A stretch of DNA of 64,000 bases from the NCBI GenBank assembly GCA_965203175.1, contig OZ241867.1:5888001-5952000 (forward strand), in the 5' to 3' direction. Every line of letters begins with the position of its first letter. Positions within the stretch are counted from its first letter, which is position 1. The stretch is from Candidatus Latescibacterota bacterium. GTDB taxonomy: Bacteria > Latescibacterota > UBA2968 > UBA8231. Positions 47,750 to 56,228 of this stretch are shown here, piece after piece. The position numbers and the translations under genes were made by a program. Below the pieces are notes generated by a model, which searched no databases, was not told where the DNA came from, and saw only the letters and a program-made list of their open reading frames with translations.

Positions 47750-48314
47750 AGAAAATCTCCGTGAGACTGGCGGCTTGAGCCGTCAGAGGGATAGGGGCGG
47801 TTTTCACGACGGGCTGGCAACGCACGAGGCGTTGGTAGTCCCTGAGTGAGAGCCGATATATTTTGCCTATAACTCATCCCTTTAGTTATAGACAAAATTA
47901 ATTGGACTGCGTTCTGCATAGTAGCCATGCTTTTTAGTGCGCCCGAATACCCGCCGGATGCGTTACGAATAGCGGGTCGAGCGTCGCGCTTAGGCAAAAG
48001 GCACCCTCTTGTGAGGGGTAAAACAGTTTCAGTCCCACGATAGCGCGCCGCCCCACACGTCGATAGCACTGTATGCGTGGACCGTAGTGGCAAAGCAGGT
48101 CAGCCAGTAGGATTTGCCACTGCGAACGCCTCGGGAGCTTCTCCCCCAAGTGGCTGCTTGGTGTCAGCAGGCGTATAGTTTCGCCGAGTAGCATGATGTC
48201 GCATCCCGCGATGTGGTGCTGCATCCGAATACCTCCGGTTTAGCACGGTGCTCGCGCTAGAGGGGTTGGGAAAAGGCAGGGACAAGCCGACTACTTCAGT
48301 GGTCGGTGGCTGAC
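47750..48314 (+). mobile_element. Non-autonomous IS200/IS605-family element (no tnpA or tnpB)
   Basis: Left end: target TCAT (47746-49), guide GAGA (47763-66), hairpin CTGGCGGC-TTGA-GCCGTCAG. Right end: guide CAAG (48283-86), hairpin CCGACTAC-TTCA-GTGGTCGG, end TGAC (48311-14). No target duplication or terminal inverted repeats. Confidence 0.75.
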
Positions 48315-48338
48315 AGCGTCAACTCAATTGAATTTTTT
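47936..48338 (+). ncRNA. Candidate large structured RNA ending in an omegaRNA-like scaffold plus flank-derived guide
   Basis: Many stems with G-U wobbles on the + strand; GTCAGCCA (48099-106) is complementary to terminal TGGCTGAC; T6 tract 18 nt past the element end. The 5' boundary is a guess. Confidence 0.45.
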
Positions 48339-48373
48339 AGGCGTGCGCGCCAAAGACATCCACTGAGAGAGAA

Positions 48374-49123
48374 TCAGACGATCCGCTGCGTCACCACGCC
48401 GTGCAGATCCATCTCAAAGTCGATGTCCACAACCGGCGGCCGAGCGTAGTGCCAACAAACGCCGCCGCGCCGCGCCGCACCCATCGTCGGCAGGAGAATC
48501 TCTTCGAGGATTTCCGCTAAAGGATAGATGGTGTACACGTCAACCGCGTCAATCAAATCCCACGTTCCGCCCAAGCCCATAAGCCGCTCGCCCATAACCT
48601 GCGCCACATAAGCGGCCTTCTCGCGCATAGCAGCGGGCGACGTGTCGCCGGAGCGGATAATCCCCTCGGTCACGAGGAGCCCCTCCCGCAATTCGCCGGC
48701 ACCGGCCACGATCAGCGTTTTGCGGGCGATCTGATCGTTGGGAATCGCGTAGGAAAAGGCATACAGCGAAGGCACAGCCGGCGGATCGCACGCCGGCGCA
48801 ACATTCGTGCGCGCCACCGGATTGAGTTCGTCCACGTACAAACCCCACGCCTTCAGGACGGCGCAATACTCGCGGTTGAAGTCAATAAACCCCTGCATGG
48901 TAAAAGGCTCAGGCGAGCGCAGTTCCATCGCGCAGAGCGAGACTCGGTCGCAGCCTTCCGCCGCCAGATGCGCATCCACGCGCTCAAAGCCCTCGCGCCA
49001 AGGCAGCGGCTCGGCCAGCACAACGCGGACGATCTCCCAACCCGGCTCGGCGACGACGCCACAAGAATAGGGATCAATGCCCTGGAGAAAGCGATAGTGT
49101 CCTTTGGGATGTGCAATCAGCAT
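48374..49123 (-). CDS. CnbZ-like (2-amino-5-chloromuconate deaminase family) protein
   Basis: YRFL.GI.PYS.GV.A.PG.EI, CAMELRSPEPF, NPVARTNV.P, RPPV..I.FEMD. Confidence 0.7.
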   Translation of the reverse strand: MLIAHPKGHYRFLQGIDPYSCGVVAEPGWEIVRVVLAEPLPWREGFERVDAHLAAEGCDRVSLCAMELRSPEPFTMQGFIDFNREYCAVLKAWGLYVDELNPVARTNVAPACDPPAVPSLYAFSYAIPNDQIARKTLIVAGAGELREGLLVTEGIIRSGDTSPAAMREKAAYVAQVMGERLMGLGGTWDLIDAVDVYTIYPLAEILEEILLPTMGAARRGGVCWHYARPPVVDIDFEMDLHGVVTQRIV

Positions 49124-49235
49124 GACGCCTCAAGGTCGCCCACGCCATCCTAGGCGTCAAGGTCTCTTGCTGAAACGGACGCCTTCTTTATATTCCCCTC
49201 CGCTTGCAACTCAATCCCAACCCCCTAATGTTCAA

Positions 49236-50192
49236 ATGCCCTACAAAGTCCTAATCCGCTCGGAAATCGAACCGTATTACACCATCATCCCCATGATCGA
49301 GGAACGCGCCGAGATCGTGCGCTGGAATCCGCTGGATCCGCAGCCCCCGGCCGAACTCCTCCGCACCATCGAAGGCGTGTACAACTACGGCCACTACGCC
49401 TTCACCGCCGAATACATGGATCTGATGCCCGAGCTCCGCGTCATCAGCAACTACGGAGTCGGCGTCGATCACATCGACCTCCAAGCCGCTCAAGAGCGCG
49501 GCATCCCCGTAGGCAACACGCCCAAGATCCTCGACGGCGCAACGGCCGATATAACCTTCGCCCTCCTCTTGGCCGCGGCGCGCAACCTCATCCAAGGCGA
49601 CCACTTTGCCCGCGGCCCGGATTTTGTCGCCTACGATCCGAGCTTCATGCTGGGACAAGAAGTCCACCACCAAGTTCTCGGCATCATCGGGCTGGGCAGC
49701 ATCGGCTACCAAGTAGCGCGCCGCGCACTGGCCTTCGACATGACCGTCTTGTACCACAACCGCAACCCCAATCCCAAGGCCGAAGCCGACCTCGGAGCGC
49801 GCTACGTCGAGCTAGACGAACTGCTCCAGCAGGCGGATTTCGTGACCTTGAACATGCCACTGACCGATCAGACGCGGGGCATGATCGGCCGGCGCGAGTT
49901 GGGCCTGATGAAAAAGTCAGCGGTGCTCGTCAACGCCGCGCGCGGAGGAGTCGTCGATCACAACGCACTGGTAGAAACCCTACAAAACGGCGGAATCTAC
50001 GCAGCCGCCCTCGACGTAACCGAACCCGAACCCCTGCCCCGCGACCATCCCCTCCTAGCGCTGGACAACCTCGTCATCATACCCCACCTAGGCAGCGCAA
50101 CGCACCAGACGCGCCAAATCATGGCCGAGCGGTCGGTGGGCAACCTGTTGGCCGGGCTGGAGGGCAGAGAACTTTTGAGCCGTATCGTGTAA
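49236..50192 (+). CDS. D-isomer-specific 2-hydroxyacid dehydrogenase (glyoxylate/hydroxypyruvate reductase-like)
   Basis: GVGVDHID, GNTP, GLGSIG, NAARG, LDVTEPEP, PHLGSAT. Confidence 0.93.
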   Translation: MPYKVLIRSEIEPYYTIIPMIEERAEIVRWNPLDPQPPAELLRTIEGVYNYGHYAFTAEYMDLMPELRVISNYGVGVDHIDLQAAQERGIPVGNTPKILDGATADITFALLLAAARNLIQGDHFARGPDFVAYDPSFMLGQEVHHQVLGIIGLGSIGYQVARRALAFDMTVLYHNRNPNPKAEADLGARYVELDELLQQADFVTLNMPLTDQTRGMIGRRELGLMKKSAVLVNAARGGVVDHNALVETLQNGGIYAAALDVTEPEPLPRDHPLLALDNLVIIPHLGSATHQTRQIMAERSVGNLLAGLEGRELLSRIV

Positions 50193-50197
50193 ATAAC

Positions 50198-50293
50198 TGA
50201 CGTTGCGCATAGCAGGCTTCTTGGGTAGAAGATGCTGAGCGGAGCGGAGCGGAGTCGAAGCATCCCATACCTAGGTGCCCATGCGTAACATCA
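50198..50293. repeat. Short MITE/REP-like intergenic element
   Basis: Imperfect terminal inverted repeats TGACGTTGCGCAT / ATGCGTAACATCA (11 of 13) enclose GATGCTGAGCGGAGCGGAGCGGAGTCGAAGCATC. Confidence 0.5.
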
Positions 50294-50312
50294 ATAGATA
50301 GTAAGGAGAACA

Positions 50313-51248
50313 ATGAGCGCCAATCACCACCACAAGGTCGTCATCGTCGGCTCGGGTCCGGCCGGACTGACCGCCGCCCTATACGCGGCCAGAGCCGACC
50401 TGGCCCCACTCGTCCTAGAAGGCCTACAGCCAGGCGGCCAGCTAACCATTACTACGGACGTAGAAAACTACCCCGGCTTCCCCGACGGCATCATGGGGCC
50501 AGAACTCGTCGATCTGATGCGCCAGCAGTCGCAGCGCTTTGGCGCCGAATGCAAGTTTGAGACAGTCAATGCGGTCGATTTGTCCGAGCGGCCCTTTGCC
50601 ATCGCAAGCGATGGCGACCAGTACATCTGCGACTCGCTGATCATTGCCACCGGCGCATCGGCTCGCCTCCTCGACATAGAGTCCGAAACGCGACTCATGG
50701 GGCACGGGGTCTCGGCCTGCGCCACCTGCGATGGCTTTTTCTTCCGCGACAAGGAGCTAGTCGTTGTCGGCGGCGGCGACTCGGCCATGGAGGAAGGAAC
50801 CTACCTGACCAAATTCGCCTCTAAAGTCACCATCGTCCACCGCCGCGACGAGTTCCGCGCGTCCAAAATCATGCTCAAACGCGCGCAGGACAACGACAAG
50901 ATCGACTTCGTGGTCAACGCCACGGTCGAGGAAATCTTACAGGCGGGCGACGAGTTGGCCGTGCGCGGGGTCCTGCTCAAGGACACCCAAACAGATCAGA
51001 CGCGGGAGTTTGCCTGCGAGGGAGTCTTTATGGCCATCGGCCACATACCCAACTCCCAGCTTTTCGAAGGCGCATTGGCCATGAACGAACAGGGCTACAT
51101 CCTCACTGACCCGGATTCGACCGCCACGGCTATCCCCGGGGTTTTTGCCTGCGGCGACGTGCAAGACTCCGTGTACCGACAAGCCGTCACCGCAGCCGGC
51201 ACCGGATGTATGGCGGCAATTGAGGCCGAGCGGTTCTTAGCGCATTAG
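50313..51248 (+). CDS. trxB: Thioredoxin-disulfide reductase
   Basis: [56 protein letters not shown]. Confidence 0.97.
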   Translation: MSANHHHKVVIVGSGPAGLTAALYAARADLAPLVLEGLQPGGQLTITTDVENYPGFPDGIMGPELVDLMRQQSQRFGAECKFETVNAVDLSERPFAIASDGDQYICDSLIIATGASARLLDIESETRLMGHGVSACATCDGFFFRDKELVVVGGGDSAMEEGTYLTKFASKVTIVHRRDEFRASKIMLKRAQDNDKIDFVVNATVEEILQAGDELAVRGVLLKDTQTDQTREFACEGVFMAIGHIPNSQLFEGALAMNEQGYILTDPDSTATAIPGVFACGDVQDSVYRQAVTAAGTGCMAAIEAERFLAH

Positions 51249-51251
51249 GAA

Positions 51252-52055
51252 ATGCAACCCCTCTCAACCCCCTACCCCATCCACCCCAAGAAAAAGCTCG
51301 GCCAAAACTTCCTCACCGACGACGCCGTCCTGCGCCGCGAAGTAGCTTGCGCCGACATTGCGGCCGGGGATACGGTGCTGGAGATCGGAGCTGGAATCGG
51401 CAATCTGACGCAGTTGCTGCTGGAGAAAGCCGGGCAGGTCGTGGCCGTGGAGCAAGACCGCCAGTTCGCTCCGTGTCTCAAGGAATTGCAGCAACAGCAC
51501 GAGCATCTCAAGGTGGTGTGGGGCGATGCGCTGGTCGTGGATTTTCCGCGCTTTGACAAGGCGGTGGCCAACCTGCCCTATCAAGTGGCCCTGCCGCTTG
51601 TCTTCAAGCTGCTAAACCAGCGCTTCGAGCGGGCCGTGCTCATGCTGCCCAAGCGGCTGGCCCAGCGGCTGTGCGCCACCGTCGGCCAACAGGGCTATAG
51701 TCGGATTGGCGTCACCGTCGGGCGGCTGGCCCAAGTGGAGTGGATTGAGCAGGTGGGCAAGGACGCCTTTTTCCCCCGCCCCGAGGTCGAGAGCGCGCTC
51801 GTACTCATCAAGCGCACCAAGCCCAAGTTTGCCGTGCCGTCCGATGATTTCTTCCGCCAGGTCTTGGAAAGCCTCTTTGCCCGCCGCCAAGCACGCGTCC
51901 AACAGATCGTCCCCGCAGCCGCCCTTGCCAGCCTGAGCAAGAAAATCAAGAACAAACCCGTGTACACCGTCACGCCGCGCGAGTTCGGCGCAATCACCCG
52001 CGCTTGGTGGCCGCTCAGCCAGCCAACTCCGCGAACGCCTCGCGCCCCCGCCTGA
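51252..52055 (+). CDS. rsmA: RsmA/KsgA/Dim1 family rRNA adenine dimethyltransferase
   Basis: KKLGQNFL, LEIGAGIG.LT, GDAL, ANLPY, F.P.P.VES. Confidence 0.8.
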   Translation: MQPLSTPYPIHPKKKLGQNFLTDDAVLRREVACADIAAGDTVLEIGAGIGNLTQLLLEKAGQVVAVEQDRQFAPCLKELQQQHEHLKVVWGDALVVDFPRFDKAVANLPYQVALPLVFKLLNQRFERAVLMLPKRLAQRLCATVGQQGYSRIGVTVGRLAQVEWIEQVGKDAFFPRPEVESALVLIKRTKPKFAVPSDDFFRQVLESLFARRQARVQQIVPAAALASLSKKIKNKPVYTVTPREFGAITRAWWPLSQPTPRTPRAPA

Positions 52056-53460
52056 ACAGTTCCCTCACATCCTCGCGCTGCTGGTCGTTGTTGTAGCGGC
52101 CATACGAATCGATCCACTTGAGCGATTCGTCAATCGAGCGGAGGAAGAAATTCGCGTCCGCCTCGCGCTCGGCTGGCGGCGCACCGCAGTGGAAATAGCT
52201 CGGGCTCGAATGCGCGTAAATGGACTGGTCGAAACTGTCGCGCGAATCGCCCCACAGCCGGGCGGCAACCCAGCCATCGCGCTCGGCCCTGAAGCCGTGG
52301 CGCAATGCGCCTTCGCGTCGCCCTTCGGGCCATTCCCAGCGCTCGACTACCGCGCCGTTGGCCACCAACTCGGCGCGCTCAATCGGGTAAAACGAGCTAA
52401 AGGTCACTTCGGCCTCTAACTCCGTGCTACTGCCGCATTCCACAGTGTCGCCCATCGGACGCCCATTGAGCGCGAGTTGGAGCGCCGGGCCGTTGGTTAT
52501 GAAGGTCCGCCCCTGTTTCATGCCCTCGATCCAGTTCGCATACGAAAATTCCCCATCCACTTGGACGTACACGCGGTTGTTGGAGCACACAAACCAATCC
52601 GTACCAGTCGAGGCCGGCAGCCGCAGGCCGCAGTTGAGGAGTTTGTACCAAAGATCGTATTCCGGATCCATCCAAAAGGGGTCGAACAGATTGAAGGCGT
52701 CCAGCTTGCCCAACGCCGCAGCTACCGGGGCCTCCATGCCGCGGCCGTTGTGGCACCAGATGACCAAGCCGCCCTGTTCGCGGGCGTCGTCGCAGCAAAA
52801 GCACAAGGGCGGGTAGTCCGGATCGAATTGCCCGGCAAGGGTGTGGCCGCGGCTGACGGGCTGCACGAGGTTGCGGATGTTGAGCAACATCACGTGGCCG
52901 TAGCCCATGCCCCACGGCGAATTGTCTCCGTAGTGACGGTTTTCCTCGCCAATGTCGAGGACGTGATGGGCAGTCGTAAACTCGTTCATCACACCAATGG
53001 GATACTTGTTGGAGGCGTAGGGCAATTGGCGGCGGTCGAGCACGCTGACGCAGGTGACGTTGTACCCCTCGACGCTGCAATCAATCCCGAGCCGCTCGTC
53101 GGGCCGGGTCTCCTTCTCGTCGTAGTGAATGTGCGTGTTGCCCGGATACCAAGCATCCTCTTGGGGGCTATACCAGCGGCGCAGCGGAATCTCCACCTCG
53201 ACGCGGCCCTTGGCGGGCAATTCGACGGTTGTGCGATAGGGTTCGTACTCCGTGCCGCGCTCGACCAGCACATCCGTGCGCCCCCGGCTGCCTTCGACGG
53301 CAAACGCGCCATCGCAAAAGAAAAACGGCGTGCCCGGGCCGCGCTTCAACATGGAGTTCAGCGGATGGGAAAAGGTGCCCGAGGCGTTGAGTACGTGGAC
53401 TTTGGCGTCGAGCGATTCGCCGGAGACTGCATCGATAATCGTGCCGTGCAAGGTGCCCAT
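52015..53460 (-). CDS. CehA/McbA family (PHP-like) metallohydrolase
   Basis: RGTEY, W.PGNTHIH, GH, WYKLLNCG.R..AS.GTD, GRTFITNGP, AHSSP. Confidence 0.8.
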   Translation of the reverse strand: MGTLHGTIIDAVSGESLDAKVHVLNASGTFSHPLNSMLKRGPGTPFFFCDGAFAVEGSRGRTDVLVERGTEYEPYRTTVELPAKGRVEVEIPLRRWYSPQEDAWYPGNTHIHYDEKETRPDERLGIDCSVEGYNVTCVSVLDRRQLPYASNKYPIGVMNEFTTAHHVLDIGEENRHYGDNSPWGMGYGHVMLLNIRNLVQPVSRGHTLAGQFDPDYPPLCFCCDDAREQGGLVIWCHNGRGMEAPVAAALGKLDAFNLFDPFWMDPEYDLWYKLLNCGLRLPASTGTDWFVCSNNRVYVQVDGEFSYANWIEGMKQGRTFITNGPALQLALNGRPMGDTVECGSSTELEAEVTFSSFYPIERAELVANGAVVERWEWPEGRREGALRHGFRAERDGWVAARLWGDSRDSFDQSIYAHSSPSYFHCGAPPAEREADANFFLRSIDESLKWIDSYGRYNNDQQREDVRELFRRGREAFAELAG

Positions 53461-53471
53461 AACGCCTCCTG

Positions 53472-54521
53472 TCAGTTGAGCGAATACGTTTCGTACGGAG
53501 CCGTGCAGGGATTGCCGCGGCTGATGTGCATGCGGCCTTGATCGGCCTCAATCACCACCGAAAACACGCTCGCCCAAAAGCCGGTCTGCGGATGGTCGTT
53601 AACGTGGCGGCAAATGGAATACGGATGCCGGTCGTGGTCGCACAGGGCCGCTTGCACCTGCGCCATGCTCACGAGCCGCTCGGGGCCGAGCAACTGTTCG
53701 ATGCGTTGGTGGCGCGGGACGGACTCAATCAGTTCGGGAAATTCGCGATTGATCGGCACCAGTTCCGGGTGCAAGCAGTGATTGGTGTGGACGACGAGCT
53801 CGTCGTCGCGCAAGACGTGGACATGGCCCAAGGTGAGTTCGAGATCGGCCGGTCCCTGCGGAGTGGCGAGGAGGACATTGCCGGGAATGGCGCGGTCGGC
53901 CCGGCGCACCGCGGCGACCGCATCGCTGAGCGAAGTCTGTTCGTAAATGGCGCGCACGGCAAAGTAGTGCGGGACGCCGACCGGACGGCTGGGGGCCGGC
54001 AGGGTGTTCATGCAGACGCCCATACCCGCGTCGTTGCAGCCGATGTAGGCTATGAGACCCGCTTGGGTGACGTTCATCAGCGCGGGCTTGCCAGCCGGAC
54101 GGCGCGTCAGCACAATCGTGAAGGGGTCCAGCGCGGGGTCGTTGTCCCAGTTTTGCGCGGCAATCGCCCGGCCCTCAACGCTGCGCTGGGGAGCGATGGC
54201 AAAGCCCGTGCAGGCCGCGTCCTCCTCCGGGCAAAGCTGATTGCGCACCTGCAAGAGCATCATCTCCTCGAGCGAGACGCCCGCACCCTCGCTCGTGCCG
54301 CGCAACTCGTCGAGCATGTCGGGCGCGTACGCAGCCGCACAATCCATGCTCTGGCGGCTTATGTCCATGGCGCGCTCGCGCGAGACAGGCACGGTCTTGT
54401 TGACGCGCTCTAAGGCAATGGCGGCAAAGCCGCGTATTTCGTCGCGGGCGGCCTCCCCGATCTGGCGGCCCAACTCGCGCGGCGGGCCGCTGACTTCAAT
54501 GTGGTGGTAACGGGTACTCAT
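53472..54521 (-). CDS. C45 family Ntn-hydrolase (acyl-CoA:6-APA acyltransferase-like)
   Basis: G.P.E.G.Q.G, ACT nucleophile, AQNWD, G.N..G, HTNH, GNPC. Confidence 0.85.
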   Translation of the reverse strand: MSTRYHHIEVSGPPRELGRQIGEAARDEIRGFAAIALERVNKTVPVSRERAMDISRQSMDCAAAYAPDMLDELRGTSEGAGVSLEEMMLLQVRNQLCPEEDAACTGFAIAPQRSVEGRAIAAQNWDNDPALDPFTIVLTRRPAGKPALMNVTQAGLIAYIGCNDAGMGVCMNTLPAPSRPVGVPHYFAVRAIYEQTSLSDAVAAVRRADRAIPGNVLLATPQGPADLELTLGHVHVLRDDELVVHTNHCLHPELVPINREFPELIESVPRHQRIEQLLGPERLVSMAQVQAALCDHDRHPYSICRHVNDHPQTGFWASVFSVVIEADQGRMHISRGNPCTAPYETYSLN

Positions 54522-54536
54522 GTTCGCTCCTTTGGC

Positions 54537-55511
54537 TCAGGGCCGCACTTGTAGGACGACCTTGCCGATGTTGCGGTTTTGCCGCAGGATGTCCTGGGCT
54601 TCGGCCGCGCGCTCAATGGGCAGCACATCCTCGATCACAGCGCGCATGCGCCCGTCTATTAGCAGCGGCCAGAAGCGCTCTTTGAAGGCCGCGATGATCG
54701 CGGTTTTCTCCTCGTCCGAGCGGCTGCGCAAAACCGAGCCGATCAGGCGCAGCCGCTTTTTCTGCAATTCCAAGAGGTCAATATGGGCCTCGGCACCGGT
54801 CAAAACGGCGATGATCACGAGGCGGCCCCTGGACTTGAGCAACTGCACATTACGCGCCAAGTAGTCGGCCCCCGCGATGTCGAGGATAACATCGACCCCA
54901 TCGGTGTGGGCGAGAATGGCCTCGGCAAAATCCCGCTCCTTGTAGTTGACCCCAAACTCCGCGCCCAGCGCTAGGCAGCACGCCACCTTGGCGTCCGTGC
55001 CAGCCGTGACAATCACCTTAGCATCGGCTTGGTGACACAACTGCACCGCGGCCGTGCCCACGCCGCTGCCCCCGCCGTGGATGAGGGCAGTTTCGCCCGC
55101 GTGCAAGCCGGCTTCGCGGAACAAGTTGACAAATGCGGTGAGAAAAACCTCGCAGATGGCCGCGCCCCAAGTGAAGTCGCGCTCGGCGGGCAGGGGCAGC
55201 AAATGGGTAGCGGGAACGGCCACGCGCTCGGCATACCCACCGCCGGAGAGCAGGCCGAGGACGCGGTCGCCGGGCTGCCACTGCGTTACAGTCTCGCCCG
55301 TGGCGGCGACCACACCCGCCATTTCCAAGCCCATATAAGGAGATGCGCCCGGAGGCGGAGGGTAGTTGCCAGCGCGCTGGAGGAGATCGGCGCGATTGAC
55401 GGCTGTGGCATGTATATCGACGAGAACCTCGCCCGGGCCACAGGTGGGATCTGGGACCTCTTGCCAGCAGAGCGAGTGGTCCGCATCATTGGCTACGGTT
55501 ATGGCTTTCAT
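54537..55511 (-). CDS. NAD(P)H-quinone oxidoreductase, PIG3 family
   Basis: VNRADLLQRAG.YPPPPGAS...GLE, GGGYAE, HGGGSGVG, GS.LRSR, GKVVL. Confidence 0.92.
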   Translation of the reverse strand: MKAITVANDADHSLCWQEVPDPTCGPGEVLVDIHATAVNRADLLQRAGNYPPPPGASPYMGLEMAGVVAATGETVTQWQPGDRVLGLLSGGGYAERVAVPATHLLPLPAERDFTWGAAICEVFLTAFVNLFREAGLHAGETALIHGGGSGVGTAAVQLCHQADAKVIVTAGTDAKVACCLALGAEFGVNYKERDFAEAILAHTDGVDVILDIAGADYLARNVQLLKSRGRLVIIAVLTGAEAHIDLLELQKKRLRLIGSVLRSRSDEEKTAIIAAFKERFWPLLIDGRMRAVIEDVLPIERAAEAQDILRQNRNIGKVVLQVRP

Positions 55512-55608
55512 GGCCTATACTCTGATGTATTGGGAAGTGAAGCGCAAGCTTGACGGACCGAGGGACCAGCGTAGATTTCCAAGCTGCCTTTAACGAAACG
55601 CATTCGAC

Positions 55609-56115
55609 ATGACCAATATCGAGATCAAAGCCCACTACCCAGACGTCGAGCGCGCCGAAGAAAACCTCAACGCCCTCGGCGCAGGACTGGCGGGGACCTT
55701 CCACCAGAAGGATACCTATTTCAACATCGACCAAGGGCGGCTCAAGCTGCGCGAGATGGGCGTCGATGAGGGCCATCTGATTTTCTACCAGCGCGAGGAC
55801 CTAGCCGGCCCCAAGCGCAGCGACTACGAGATTGCCAAGACCGAAGATCCAGAGGGCTTGCGCAACATCCTCAGCGGCATCCACGGCGTCTGGGTCGAGG
55901 TGGAAAAGACGCGCCAAGTCTGGCTGTGGGAAAACGTGCGCATCCACCTCGACGACGTAAAGGGCCTCGGCCAGTTCGTCGAGTTAGAGGCCGTGACCGA
56001 AGAAAAGGGCATCGAAGAGTCGCACCGGCGCGTAGAAACTCTGATGCGGGCATTGGAAATCACCAGCGACCAGCTAGTCAAAGGCTCTTACGGGGATATT
56101 GTCGCCGCGAGCTGA
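55609..56115 (+). CDS. cyaB: CYTH-domain protein (class IV adenylate cyclase family)
   Basis: NIEIKA, Q.DTYF, RLKLRE, V.K.R, RIHLD.V.GLG.FVELE, SY. Confidence 0.85.
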   Translation: MTNIEIKAHYPDVERAEENLNALGAGLAGTFHQKDTYFNIDQGRLKLREMGVDEGHLIFYQREDLAGPKRSDYEIAKTEDPEGLRNILSGIHGVWVEVEKTRQVWLWENVRIHLDDVKGLGQFVELEAVTEEKGIEESHRRVETLMRALEITSDQLVKGSYGDIVAAS

Positions 56116-56228
56116 CCTTCCTCCACCGGCTGCCCGGCGTCGAAATCGGCCGTCACCGCGCCATCCTAGCCGAACCATAAGCGTCTACTTGGCTTCTTAC
56201 TAGCGCTCGGAGCCGGCCTGTCCCTCCC

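Noticed and set aside
47794-47813. tmRNA-like 5' end (GGGGCGG...CGACGGG)
   Set aside because: No matching T-arm/CCA 3' end or tag ORF; better explained as left-end IS structure.
47746-48285. Minus-strand ORFs of 115, 96 and 61 aa inside the element as transposase or TnpB
   Set aside because: No HUH/Tyr, RuvC or CxxC motifs. A + strand fragment GVSRRIVS only faintly recalls TnpB tails.
47936-48314. IStron (group I intron) or IscB HEARO RNA
   Set aside because: No convincing P7 or J8/7 consensus, the element ends in C rather than G, and it is antisense to the interrupted gene. The minus strand starts HEARO-like but lacks the downstream motifs I would expect, and no iscB follows. Not formally excluded without a covariance-model scan.
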